DNA of 64,000 nt from the NCBI GenBank assembly GCA_963783385.1, contig CAWANJ010000006.1, forward strand, positions 256,001 through 320,000, written 5' to 3'. This document shows positions 9,816 through 20,096 of the stretch, piece by piece; the first letter of the stretch is position 1; every line of letters starts with the position of its first letter. The position numbers and the translations under genes are program-made. The stretch is from an uncultured Gemmatimonadales bacterium. GTDB lineage: Bacteria; Gemmatimonadota; Gemmatimonadetes; Palauibacterales; Palauibacteraceae. A model generated the notes under the pieces. The model was not told the DNA's origin. It made no database searches and was given only the letters and a program-made list of their open reading frames with translations.

Positions 9816-9845
9816 AACATACACCGAAGATCCGCGGCGCGTCAA
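9816..9845 (-). promoter_or_regulatory. Putative sigma70 promoter of the dinB-like gene
   Basis: TTGACG-N18-TATGTT on the minus strand. Confidence 0.5.
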
Positions 9846-9880
9846 CGTCTCCTTTCGAAGAGATCGGGGGTGTCACGCGG

Positions 9881-9909
9881 TTGCCACCCCCGACGCTTCG
9901 GTATACGAT
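9881..9909 (+). promoter_or_regulatory. Putative sigma70 promoter of the glycosyl hydrolase gene
   Basis: TTGCCA-N17-TACGAT, followed by an AAGGAGG RBS before the ATG at 9953. Confidence 0.6.
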
Positions 9910-9952
9910 CCGCGCCGTATCCGAAACATCAGTATATCAAGGAGGCCACACG

Positions 9953-12900
9953 ATGCGCCGTCCGGGCTCCACGCCATCGAATTTCCTCTTTCATCGATAT
10001 TCTCTCGCGTCCCTGACCGGCGCCCTCCTCCTGGTCGCCTCGCTCTCCCTCCCCGCCGGACCGGCCCTGGCCCAGGCGAAGGGTGGGAATCGTGCCGCCG
10101 CCGCGGAGACGGGCGCGATCCACCAGCCCGGCCACATCGTGTACGATACGTCGCTCTACGCCGGGCTCCAGTACCGGATGATCGGTCCGTTCCGCGGCGG
10201 GCGCGCGACGGCCGTGGCCGGCGTCTCCCAGAAGCCGCACACGTTCTACTTGGGTGCGACGGGCGGCGGCGTGTGGAAGACGGAGGACGCGGGCCAGCAC
10301 TGGGACAACGTCTCGGACGACTACTTCCACGTGGGCTCGATCGGCGCCATCACCGTGGCGCCTTCCGACCCGGACGTCGTGTACGTGGGGACCGGCTCGG
10401 CCGACATCCGCGGCAACGTCTCCACCGGCAAGGGCGTGTACCGCTCCACCGACGGAGGGAAGAGCTGGAGCTTCGAGGGCCTGGAGGACGCCGGCCAGAT
10501 CGGCGACATCGTCGTCAGCCCCCGGGACCCGGACCTGGTCTACCTGGCCTCGATCGGCCATGCCTTCGGCCCCAACCCGACGCGCGGCGTGTTCCGCTCC
10601 AGGGACGGCGGCAAGACCTGGCAGAAAGTGCTGTTCGTGTCGGACTCGACCGGGTTCATCGACCTGGCCATGGATCCCAACAACCCCCGGGTGCTCTACG
10701 CCGCGGCGTGGCAGACCGAGCGCAAGCCGTGGACGATCGTCAGCGGCGGCCACGAGGGCGGGATCTGGAAGTCCACCGACGGCGGAGACCACTGGACCAA
10801 GCTGGGAGGCGGCCTGCCCACCGGCCTCGTCGGCAAGGCATCGGTGACCGTGTCGCCGGCCGACCCCGACCGGGTGTGGGTGCTCATCGAGGCCTCACCG
10901 ATCGACAAGGGGGGCGTGTACCGTTCGGACGACGCCGGCAAGACGTGGAGGCAGACCTCCCACTCCCACGACCTCACCCAGCGGGCGTTCTACTACATTC
11001 ACATCTTCGCCGACCCGAAGGACCCGAATACCGTCTACGCCCTGAACACGAGCCCGTACCGGTCGATCGACGGGGGCAAGACCTTCACCCGGATCCGGGT
11101 CCCGCACGGGGACACGCACGACTTCTGGATCAACCCGGAGCACCCCGACTACCTGGCCATCGCCGATGACGGCGGGGCGCAGGTCTCCCTGACGCACGGA
11201 AAGACCTGGAGCACCTACTACAACCAGCCCACGGCGCAGTTCTACCGGGTGATCACCGACAACGGCTTCCCGTACCGCGTGTATGGGCCCCAGCAGGACA
11301 ACAGCACCATCAGCGTCCCGGCCTGGTCGCCCGGCACCGGACGGCTGACCCCGCAGGGAGAGTGGGTCACCGTGGGCGGCGGGGAGAGCGGCTACATCGC
11401 CCTCGACCCCGACCACCCGAAGCTGAGCTACGCCGGTAGCTACGGCGGCGACATCGACCGGATGGACCGTGAGACCGGACAGGGCCAGAACGTGGTGGCC
11501 TATCCCCAGCTCGCCCTCGGCGAGGCCGCGAAGGACCTGAAGTACCGGTTCCAGTGGAACGCGCCCATCCTCATGTCGAAGTTCGACTCCAGCGTCGTCT
11601 ACCACGCCGCCCAGTACGTGCTGAAGACGACGAACGGGGGGCAGAGCTGGACCCGGATCAGCCCGGACCTCACCCGCGACGACACCGCCAAGCAGGTGCT
11701 GGCCGGGAAGCCGATCGAGTCGGAGGAGACGGGAGTCGAGGTGTACGGGACGATCTTCGCGCTGGCCGAGGGGACCGAGTCGCCGGACGTCCTGTGGGCG
11801 GGCTCGGACGACGGGCTCGTGCACCTGACCCGCGACGGCGGCAAGACCTGGAAGGACGTGACGCCCCCGGGCCTGCCCGCCTACTCCACCGTCAACGTGA
11901 TCGCCCCCTCGCCCCACCAGGCGGGCCAGGCGTACGTCACCGCCTACCGCTACCGGATGGACGACTGGCACCCCTACGTCTACGAGACGAAGGACTGGGG
12001 GGCCCACTGGACCCGGATCGCCGACGGCACGCGGGGCATCCCGGCGGGAGACCCGGTGCGGGTGGTGCGGGAGGACCCGGTCCGGGCGGGGCTGCTGTAC
12101 GCGGGCACCGAGTTCGGGATGTACGTCTCCTTCGACGACGGGGCCCACTGGCAGACGCTGCAGCAGAACCTGCCGCCGGTGCCGGTCACCGACCTCACGG
12201 TGCACGGGCTCGGACCTGGTGCTGGCCACCCAGGGGCGGAGCTTCTGGATCCTGGACGACGTGACCCCGCTCCGGCAGCTCACCGGCGCGGTGGCGAAGG
12301 CCGACCACTACCTGTTCGAGCCCCGAGCCGCATACCGCGCCAACATGGGCCGCGGCTTCGGCGGAGGGGACCGGCCCACCCCGCCCCCCAGCGGCGCCAT
12401 CCTCGACTACTACATGGCCAGGAAGCCCGACGGGCCGGTGAAGCTCGAGATCATCGACCCCTCCGGGAAGACCGTGCAGACCTTCTCGAGCAAGAAGAAG
12501 GAGGAAGAGGGCGAGCCGTCAGAGCTCGCCGCCTTCTTCGGCGGTGGCCGCAGCCGGCCGCTGCCCGCCTCGGAGGGCATGCACCGCTACACCTGGAACC
12601 TCCGCTATCCCGGCGTCCACACCTCGAAGGGCGCGGTCGTGTGGGGCTACACGGGCGGCCCGCAGGCCGTGCCGGGCACGTACACCGCGAGGCTGATCGT
12701 CGGCTCCGACACGACCAGCCGGAGCTTCGACGTGAAGCCCGACCCGCGCTGGCGGGGCGTGACGCACCAGGACCTGGTCGAGCAGTTCGAGCTCGCCGTG
12801 GCCATGCGTGACACCCTGAACCACGTGTACGGCAGGATCGACGCCCTGCGCTCAGCCCGCGGGCAGGTGAAGGCCGCCGAGAAGCGGGCGAAGGACGCCG

Positions 12901-13298
12901 GCGTGGACGTTACGGCGCGCGCGGACTCGCTCGTGGACGACATGACGGCTCTCGAGAAGGACCTCATACAGACGCAGAACCGCAGCGGCCAGGATCCGAT
13001 TCGGTTCCCGCCTCAGTTCGACAACCAGGTCGCGGCCGTATACGGCAACGTGGCCGGGCCGGACGCGAAGCCCACCGACGGAGCCAGGGAGCGCTGGAAC
13101 GACCTGCTGTCGCAGTGGTCGGGCCTTCGGGACCGACTGGGCAAGGTCCTCGACACGGACCTGGGAGCCTTCAACCAGCTCCTGCAGCAGAAGGGCGTGC
13201 CGGCGGTGGTGGCGCCGAACAAGGACGAGGACGCCGCCTCCGGTGAAGGCGAGGGCCGTTCGGTCGGGCAGGAGGAGATGGAGGGCGGCGGCGTCTAG
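9953..13298 (+). CDS. Secreted VPS10/BNR (Asp-box) glycosyl hydrolase-like protein; apparent 1-nt insertion frameshift near 12206
   Basis: Signal peptide, RMIGPFRGGR, many SxDGGKTW repeats. Removing one G at about 12206 restores VTDLTVHGSDLVLATQGRSFWILDD and joins the frame ending at 13298. Confidence 0.88.
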
Positions 13299-13350
13299 CC
13301 GCTCCGTGGAGCGCGGCGGAGCCCGCCGGGCTCCGTCGTAGTCCCCCCGC

Positions 13351-13376
13351 GGTGGCCGGTCGGAAGACCGGCCACC
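13351..13376. terminator. Perfect 11-bp hairpin between convergent genes
   Basis: GGTGGCCGGTC-GGAA-GACCGGCCACC; no U-tract. Confidence 0.5.
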
Positions 13377-13461
13377 CCTGCGGGGAGCGAGAGAATCGGC
13401 CGGTCGCCAACCCGCCGAGTAGGGTCGGGCGAGGATCCGGCCGGGAAGAGCCGTGCTCCGG

Positions 13462-13920
13462 CTAGCAGCCCGAGCCCGGCGAAGTCTGCACGATGTGCCC
13501 CGCCCCGTCGTCCGTGTTCACGCACCACCACGACGAGGAGACGTCGTGGCCGGCGGTGGCCACGTAGCCGTTCCCCTGCACCGAGACCCCTCCGTTGATG
13601 CCCGAGCTGGCCCGCACCAGGATGTTCCCGTTGGCGTCCACGATGGGCGCCCCGGACCCGCTCTGGGTTCCGGCGCTGTAGCTGGAATAGTCGTAGAAGT
13701 ACGACTCCTCGGCCGTCATGAGATTGCGGAGGTCGCTCTTGGCCGATGCGTCGAACGCCTTTTCCTTGGTCGATGCGAACTGCGGTATCGCGATCGCGGC
13801 CAGGATGCCGATGATCACGACCACGATGAGCAGCTCGATCAGGGTGAAGCCGGCCGCCCCGCGCCACCCGGCGCGGTCCGCCCGTCCCAGCCTGGTCTTG
13901 AGGCTCTTCACGGTGGACAT
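13462..13920 (-). CDS. pilA: Type IVa pilin (PilA-like)
   Basis: G|FTLIELLIVVVIIGILAAIAIPQF prepilin site, SDLRNL helix, two C-terminal Cys; AGGAG RBS. Confidence 0.9.
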   Translation of the reverse strand: MSTVKSLKTRLGRADRAGWRGAAGFTLIELLIVVVIIGILAAIAIPQFASTKEKAFDASAKSDLRNLMTAEESYFYDYSSYSAGTQSGSGAPIVDANGNILVRASSGINGGVSVQGNGYVATAGHDVSSSWWCVNTDDGAGHIVQTSPGSGC

Positions 13921-13989
13921 CGTGTCTCCTGTCGCAGTCATTTCGAAGCGTGGTATCACCCGTCTGGAAGCGACCCCGGCAGGGAAGGG

Positions 13990-14005
13990 GGCAAGACACA
14001 AGCCC
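13990..14005 (-). promoter_or_regulatory. Putative sigma54 (-24/-12) promoter of the pilin gene
   Basis: GGC-TTGTGTC-TTGC (GG-N10-GC) about 70 nt upstream of the start codon. Confidence 0.5.
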
Positions 14006-14182
14006 CCGCAACGAGTGGGGGTGTATAACCTTCTTCGGTGGCGTTAGTTAGAGGAACGCCACAGGCCCGAGGCGAGAGCGGAATAGAGGGCGCGCGCCGT
14101 TGCACTTGTCCACACCCGTTGCGTCCTGCGGGCGACCTCCGGGACGCCGCCGGGCGGGCCCCGAACGGGTCCGAGTCGAGCC

Positions 14183-17100
14183 TCAGCCGGCCTCGATCTC
14201 CCCGCCGGCCATGAGAGCGTGCGCCTGGCCGCTCGCACCCGCCGGGACGGGCACGGGCTCCGTGCCCCACAGGCCGAGCCGCTTCTGCAGGGTGTCGAGG
14301 TAGGTGTAGACCACGGGCGTCACGTACAGCGTGATGAGCTGCGAGAACAGCAGCCCGCCCACGACCGCGAGCCCGAGGGGCCGGCGCGACTCCGATCCGG
14401 CACCGAACCCGATCGCGATCGGAAGCGTGGCCATGAGCGCCGCCATGGTGGTCATCATGATGGGCCGGAAGCGCACGCTGCACGCCTCCAGGATGGCAGC
14501 GCGTGGCGAAGCTCCCTCGCTGCGCTCCGCCTCCAGGGCGAAGTCGATCATCATGATGGCGTTCTTCTTCACCAGGCCGATGAGCATGATGATGCCCACG
14601 TAGGCGTATACGCTGAGCTCGACGTGGAACACGAGCAGGGTCAGGAGGGCGCCGAATGCCGCGAACGGGAGCCCCGAGAGGATCGTGATCGGGTGGATGA
14701 AGCTCTCGTAGAGGATCCCGAGCACCAGGTAGATGACCAGGACGGCGAGCACCAGGAGCAGCAGGAGGCCCTGCTGGCTGGACTGGAACGCCGCGGCGGT
14801 GCCCGAGAAGGTCGTGTTGACGGTCGAGGGCACCCGGACCCTCGCCAGCTTCCTGATCTGGGAGACGGCCGTCCCCAGCGAGGTCCCCGACCCGAGGTCG
14901 AAGGAGACCGTCACCGAGGGGACCTGGCCCGCGTGGCTCACCGTGAGCGGCCCGAGCGTGGGCTTGAGCGTGGCCACCGAGCCCAGCGGCACCATGGTGC
15001 CGGAGTCGGAGCGGACGTACAGCATGCCGAGCGCGTCCGGGTCGCGCTGGAACCGGGGGAGGAGCTCCATCACCACCCAGTACTGGTTGCTGGGAGTGAG
15101 GATGGTCGACACCTGGCGGGACCCGTAGGCGTCGTACAGGGCCCGCTCCACCTGGTCGGTCGATACCCCGAGGGCGGCCGCCCGGTCGCGGTCGATGTCG
15201 ACGGCCACCTGCGGGTTGGAGATCTGGAGGTCGCTGGTCACGTTGACGAGGTTCGGGAGGCTGTCCATGGCCGCCTCCATGACCTGGGCGCTCCTGTAGA
15301 GCGTGGGCAGGTCCGGGCTCTCGAGCGTGAACTGGTACTGGCTCTTCGACCCTCGCCCGCCGATCCGGATGGAGGGCGGGTTCTGGAAGTACACCCTCAC
15401 GCCGGGGATCGCCGCCACCTTGCGGTTGAGCTCCTTGATGACCTCGTCCACTCCCAGCCGATCCGAGCGCGGCTTGAGGTGCATGAACACGGTGCCCTGG
15501 TTCATCGTCCCGCGTCCGCCCCCCACGAAGGACATGAAGTCGCGGACGTTCGGGTCGGCGGCGACGATGTCGGCGACCTGCTTCTGGTGCTGCAGCATGG
15601 CCTGGAACGACGTTCCCTCCAGGGTCTCCACCGTGCCGTGGATTCGGCCGGTGTCCTCCGCCGGCAAGAAGCCCTTGGGAATGTGCAGGAACAGGAGCAC
15701 GCTCCCCACGAGGATCGCCAGCGAGAAGACCATGGTCCCGGGCCGGTGGTCCATGACCCGGTCCAGCGAGCGCTGGTACAGCCCCAGGGCGCGCTGGTAG
15801 ATGCCCTCGGTCACCTCGTACAGGCGACCGTGGTGCTGCTCCCCGGGTGGACGCAGGAAGCGGCTGGACAGCATGGGGGTCAGGGTGAGGGACACCACGC
15901 CGGAGACCAGGATGGCCGACATGATGGTCACGGAGAACTCGTGGAACAGGCGACCGATCACCCCGCCCATGAGGAGGATCGGGATGAACACGGCCGTAAG
16001 GGAGAGGGTCATGGAGAGGATCGTGAAGCCGATCTCCCGGGACCCGTCCAGCGCGGCCCGGATCGGCTCCTTACCCATCTCCATGTGACGCACGATGTTC
16101 TCGAGCATCACGATGGCGTCGTCCACCACGAACCCAACGGCGAGCGTGAGCGCCATGAGGCTGAGGTTGTCGAGCGTGTAGCCGGCCAGGTACATGACCG
16201 CGAAGGTGCCGATGATCGAGATCGGCAGGGCCAGGCTCGGGATGATCGTGGCGGACAGGTTCCTCAGGAAGAGGAAGATCACCATCACGACCAGGCCGAG
16301 CGTGAGGAGCAGGGTGAAGCGCACGTCCGACACCGAGTCCTGGATGGACTCGGACCGGTCATACAGCAGGTGCACCTGGACCGAGGCCGGGATCTGCCTA
16401 TCGAGCTGGCCCAGCATCTTCCGGACGTTGGCGGCGACCTTGACCGTGTTGGTGCCGGGCTGCCGCTGGATGGCCAGGATGATCGAGCGCGTGTTGTCGT
16501 ACCATCCCGCGGTCTTATTGTCCTGCACATCGTCGAGGACGCGGCCCAGGTCCTGGAGCCGGACGGGGGAGCCGTTCCGGTACGAGACGATGAGCCGCCG
16601 GAAGGCCTGGGCGTCGCTCAGCTGGCCGTTGGCCTGCACCGTGTACGCCTTCTGGCTCCCCCACAGCACGCCGGTGGGCAGGTTCACGTTGCCGCTCGAG
16701 ACCGCCTGTGCCACCTGGTCGATCCCGATCCGACGGGAGGCCAGCTCGCCGGGATCGAGCTGGATCCGCACGGCGTACTTCTGGGCCCCGTAGATCGACA
16801 CCTGGGCCACGCCGGGGACGGTGGAGATGCGCTGTCCGAGCACGGTCTCGCCGTACTCGTCCAGGGCCGAGAGGGCCAGGCTGCTGGAGGTGAGCGCCAG
16901 GTAGATGATCGGCGAGGCCGCCGGATTCACCTTGTTGTACGAAGGCGGGATGATGCCGGTCGGAAGCTGGTGCAGGGTCTTGGAGATGGCCGCCTGCACG
17001 TCCTGGGCGGCGGCGTCGATGTCCCGGTTCAGGTCGAACTGCAGGGTGATGGAGGTCCCGCCCTGCGTACTGGTAGACGTCATGTCCGAGATGCCGGCGA

Positions 17101-17320
17101 TGGTCGAGAACTGCTTCTCGAGCGGAGTCGCCACCGCGGCGGCCATGGTCTCCGGGCTGGCGCCGGGCAGGCTGGCGCCCACCGAGATGGTCGGGAAATC
17201 CACGTTCGGGAGGTCGCTCACCGGGAGCATCCGGTAGGCCATGATCCCGAAGATGAGAATGCCCGCCATGACCAGCGTCGTCATGACGGGTCGCTTGATG
17301 AACAGCTCCGAGGGGTTCAT
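14183..17320 (-). CDS. RND efflux permease (HAE1, MdtB/C-like)
   Basis: 1045 aa; FIKRPV, LPVSDLP, GFVVDDAIVMLENI, KKNAIMMIDFA, RFRPIMMTT. Confidence 0.96.
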   Translation of the reverse strand: MNPSELFIKRPVMTTLVMAGILIFGIMAYRMLPVSDLPNVDFPTISVGASLPGASPETMAAAVATPLEKQFSTIAGISDMTSTSTQGGTSITLQFDLNRDIDAAAQDVQAAISKTLHQLPTGIIPPSYNKVNPAASPIIYLALTSSSLALSALDEYGETVLGQRISTVPGVAQVSIYGAQKYAVRIQLDPGELASRRIGIDQVAQAVSSGNVNLPTGVLWGSQKAYTVQANGQLSDAQAFRRLIVSYRNGSPVRLQDLGRVLDDVQDNKTAGWYDNTRSIILAIQRQPGTNTVKVAANVRKMLGQLDRQIPASVQVHLLYDRSESIQDSVSDVRFTLLLTLGLVVMVIFLFLRNLSATIIPSLALPISIIGTFAVMYLAGYTLDNLSLMALTLAVGFVVDDAIVMLENIVRHMEMGKEPIRAALDGSREIGFTILSMTLSLTAVFIPILLMGGVIGRLFHEFSVTIMSAILVSGVVSLTLTPMLSSRFLRPPGEQHHGRLYEVTEGIYQRALGLYQRSLDRVMDHRPGTMVFSLAILVGSVLLFLHIPKGFLPAEDTGRIHGTVETLEGTSFQAMLQHQKQVADIVAADPNVRDFMSFVGGGRGTMNQGTVFMHLKPRSDRLGVDEVIKELNRKVAAIPGVRVYFQNPPSIRIGGRGSKSQYQFTLESPDLPTLYRSAQVMEAAMDSLPNLVNVTSDLQISNPQVAVDIDRDRAAALGVSTDQVERALYDAYGSRQVSTILTPSNQYWVVMELLPRFQRDPDALGMLYVRSDSGTMVPLGSVATLKPTLGPLTVSHAGQVPSVTVSFDLGSGTSLGTAVSQIRKLARVRVPSTVNTTFSGTAAAFQSSQQGLLLLLVLAVLVIYLVLGILYESFIHPITILSGLPFAAFGALLTLLVFHVELSVYAYVGIIMLIGLVKKNAIMMIDFALEAERSEGASPRAAILEACSVRFRPIMMTTMAALMATLPIAIGFGAGSESRRPLGLAVVGGLLFSQLITLYVTPVVYTYLDTLQKRLGLWGTEPVPVPAGASGQAHALMAGGEIEAG

Positions 17321-18486
17321 CCGACTCCCGCCTGGCCGCCGCTCCGACTCGCCCGACTCGAGGCGCTGTCGGCGGCCAGCTCGGCCGCGTTGGTGACGTC
17401 GGCGCGCGCTCCCGCGAACAGTCGGAGCTGACCGTCCGTCACCACGACCTCGCCCCCCTCGAGCCCCGACTCGATCACGTCGAGGCTGTCCGCCGAGCGC
17501 TGCACCTTGACGTCGCGGCTGGCGACCGTGGAGTCGGTCGGATTCACGACATACACGTACGTGCCGTTCTGGCCCGACGCCACCGCCGACTGGGGCACGA
17601 CCACGACGTTGCGCTGAACGTCCAGCACGAGCCGCATGTCCAGGTACTCACCGGGCCACAGCCGCTCCTGCTCGTTCGGGAACAGGGCCTTGAGGACCAC
17701 GGTGCCCGTCGACTGGTCGACCGAGTTGTCCACGAAGGTCAGAAGGCCCTCCGCGCGCTCGCCCCCCTCTCCGGAGGGAAGCGCGTACACCACCAGCGAG
17801 TCGTCCCTCTTGGCCAGGAGCTGGGGCAGGTAGCGCTCGGGCGCCGAGAAGCGCACCAGGACTGGCCGGATCTGGTTGATGACCACGAGCGCCTGGCCGC
17901 TGCCGGCCCGGACCAGGTTGCCCCGGTGCACGAGCAGGCTCCCCGTGCGGCCGTCGATCGGAGAGCGGATGGTGGCATACTCCAGGTTGAGACGGGCGCT
18001 GGCCACGGCCGCGGAATCGGACTTGACCGAGGCGCGCAGGGCGGCCGCGTTGGCCTGCGCCTGGTCGAACTGCTGCGAGCTCACGAAGTCCTTCTCGACC
18101 AGCTTCTGGTAACGGGCCGCCTGGAGCTCCGCGTTGCGGGCCTGGGCGATGTCCCGCTGCAGGTTGCCCTCCGCCTGCTCGAGCGCCGCGCGATACGGAC
18201 GCGGATCGAGCTGGAAGAGGATCTGGCCGGTCCGGACCTCGTCTCCCTCCTGGAAGGCCACGCGCTGCACGGTGCCCTCGACGCGCGACAAGACCGAGAC
18301 GGTCTGCAGCGGCTCGACGGTCCCGTTGGCGCGCACTTCGACCGGGACGTCCCGTCGCTCGGCCCGCGCCGCCTTGACCGGCACGGTGGACGGCGCGTTG
18401 GACGGCCCGTGCGAGCACGCGGTCAGCATCGCCGCCATCCCCGCCGCCATCGCCGAGCGGACGGCGGCCACGCGCCTCCGACTCAA
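17317..18486 (-). CDS. RND efflux periplasmic adaptor (MFP, MdtA-like)
   Basis: Lipobox-like LTAC, GQILFQLDPRPY, IRSPIDGRTG, DNSVDQSTGTV. Start is uncertain (TTG at 18486 overlaps the upstream stop). Confidence 0.93.
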   Translation of the reverse strand: MSRRRVAAVRSAMAAGMAAMLTACSHGPSNAPSTVPVKAARAERRDVPVEVRANGTVEPLQTVSVLSRVEGTVQRVAFQEGDEVRTGQILFQLDPRPYRAALEQAEGNLQRDIAQARNAELQAARYQKLVEKDFVSSQQFDQAQANAAALRASVKSDSAAVASARLNLEYATIRSPIDGRTGSLLVHRGNLVRAGSGQALVVINQIRPVLVRFSAPERYLPQLLAKRDDSLVVYALPSGEGGERAEGLLTFVDNSVDQSTGTVVLKALFPNEQERLWPGEYLDMRLVLDVQRNVVVVPQSAVASGQNGTYVYVVNPTDSTVASRDVKVQRSADSLDVIESGLEGGEVVVTDGQLRLFAGARADVTNAAELAADSASSRASRSGGQAGVG

Positions 18487-20012
18487 GGGGCCCCCGCCGT
18501 GTCGGGCCGCATCGGAATCGTGCTCCCGCCCTTCAGGTCCAGCAGCCCGGCGTCGTGCGCGAGCTGCGCGAGAGCGCTGTACCAGCTCCATCGCGCGTCG
18601 ATCTCCTGGGCCCGGGCATCGGCCAGGGCACTCTGGGCGGAGAGGAGGTCCAGCAGGCTCCCGACGCCCTCGCGGTACTGCGCGAGCGCCGCCTCTTCCG
18701 ATTGTCGTGCGCTGGCCAGCAGGTCCCCACTGGTCCGCACGCGCTGGGTCGCCGTCTTCAGGTCGTTGTAGGACGCGAACACCTGATACACCACCTGCTG
18801 CGCGAGTCCCTCCGCCCGGGCGTGGCTGGCCCTGGCCGCGGCCTGTGCCGCCTGGAGGTCGTAGTGGCGCGAGAAGCCCGAGAACAGCGGAATCTGGATC
18901 GCGAGGCTCCCCGAGTAGCTGCCCCGTCCCCCGGCCGTGTTGGCGAAGTACGTCTCCGCCGCCTGGCCGCTCGCCACGATCCTGGGGAGGAGCGCGCCCC
19001 GCGCCTGGGCCACCCCCGCGTCGGCCGCCTCGGCCTGCGCCCGTGCCGCCGCCAGGTCGGGCCGGTCACGAAGCGCACGATCGATGAGGCTGTCCACGGA
19101 CGCGGCCACCTGGAGGGGCGGCGCGCTCCCCGGCGAGCGGCGCACGTCGTAGCTCACGTTGGCCGGCAGGCCCATGGCCACGGCGAGGGCGCCCCGCGTG
19201 GTGGCCACCTGGCCCTGCGTCGTCTCGAGCACGAGCTGGGCCTGCGAGACCGCCGTCCGGGCCTTGAGGGTATCCGCCATCGTGGCGACTCCCACCGCGT
19301 GCCGCTCCCGGGCCGCTTCCAGGTTGCGGTGGGCCTCCTGCAGGGAGGTCCGCTGGGCGTCCAGGAGCGCCCGCGTCGCCAGGTACTGGAAGTAGGCGGA
19401 CTCGACCTGAAGCACGACGTTCTGGATGGCGGCGTTGTGGGTCCAGTCCGCGGCCAGGAGAGCGTTCCGAGCCCGGCCGATCCTCCCCGACCGGCCTCCG
19501 AAGTCCAGCAGCGTCCACGACAGGGTCGCGCTGGGCCCGTAGATCGTCTGCCGGACCGCGCTGCGACCCTGGGAAGCGGCCGTCTTGAGGGTGTTCACGT
19601 CCACCTGCCCGTCCACCGTGGGCAGCCAGGCCCCACGCGCCGACCCATAGGCGTACGCCGCGGCGCGCGCCGACTCCCAGGAGGCACGCGTGGTCGTGTT
19701 GCTCCCGAGGGCGATGTCGATCACATCCGTGAGGGCGAGGCTGTCGGCGCCCGACCGGAGGTCCGCCGGCAGCGTGGCCGGGGGAGGACCGGTCCGGCGC
19801 GCGGTGTCGCGGACCGGTGGTACCCAGAAGGAGCTGGGCGACTCGGCCGTGCCCTGCACGCCTCCTACCCCGGGCGTGGCCATGCATCCCACCGCCAGGA
19901 GCGCGATGCCGGCCCACAGCGCCGAGCGACCGGCGAGCGGAGGGGCGACGAGCTTCGGATTCTCCGGGGCCGCCCGCCCGGCCCGACCACGACCTCGCAC
20001 CGCAGACCTCAT
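18483..20012 (-). CDS. TolC family outer-membrane efflux lipoprotein
   Basis: LAVGC lipobox, two OEP repeats (LLDFGGR, RPDL, IPLFSGF, YREGVGSLLDLL). Confidence 0.92.
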   Translation of the reverse strand: MRSAVRGRGRAGRAAPENPKLVAPPLAGRSALWAGIALLAVGCMATPGVGGVQGTAESPSSFWVPPVRDTARRTGPPPATLPADLRSGADSLALTDVIDIALGSNTTTRASWESARAAAYAYGSARGAWLPTVDGQVDVNTLKTAASQGRSAVRQTIYGPSATLSWTLLDFGGRSGRIGRARNALLAADWTHNAAIQNVVLQVESAYFQYLATRALLDAQRTSLQEAHRNLEAARERHAVGVATMADTLKARTAVSQAQLVLETTQGQVATTRGALAVAMGLPANVSYDVRRSPGSAPPLQVAASVDSLIDRALRDRPDLAAARAQAEAADAGVAQARGALLPRIVASGQAAETYFANTAGGRGSYSGSLAIQIPLFSGFSRHYDLQAAQAAARASHARAEGLAQQVVYQVFASYNDLKTATQRVRTSGDLLASARQSEEAALAQYREGVGSLLDLLSAQSALADARAQEIDARWSWYSALAQLAHDAGLLDLKGGSTIPMRPDTAGAP

Positions 20013-20096
20013 CCTTCTCCAGGTGAAGCGACCCGCCCAGCGTACCGACGCCCCGGGGGACGTGTTCCTTGATAACACGGGGAGGGGGGGCGGTGC

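Noticed and set aside
10250-12160. Repeated GACGGCGGCAAGACCTGG-like DNA units as a CRISPR array or tandem repeat
   Set aside because: They encode irregularly spaced Asp-box (SxDGGKTW) protein repeats.
13462-13920. Electrically conductive (e-pilin) call
   Set aside because: It lacks the aromatic at position 27, has a 37-residue aromatic-free gap (58-94), and only 11 of 128 residues are F/Y/W.
13921-14120. c-di-GMP or other riboswitch upstream of the pilin
   Set aside because: Hairpins exist (GTGGCGTT/AACGCCAC), but I could not find the conserved GEMM features. A promoter/enhancer reading fits better.
14219-17431. Very long antisense or alternate-frame ORFs (for example 14219-17431 +, 23704-27165 -, the extension of 35996-39172 -, 52029-54140 +)
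   Set aside because: Shadow ORFs expected at this GC content. They mirror well-supported genes and contain no family motifs.
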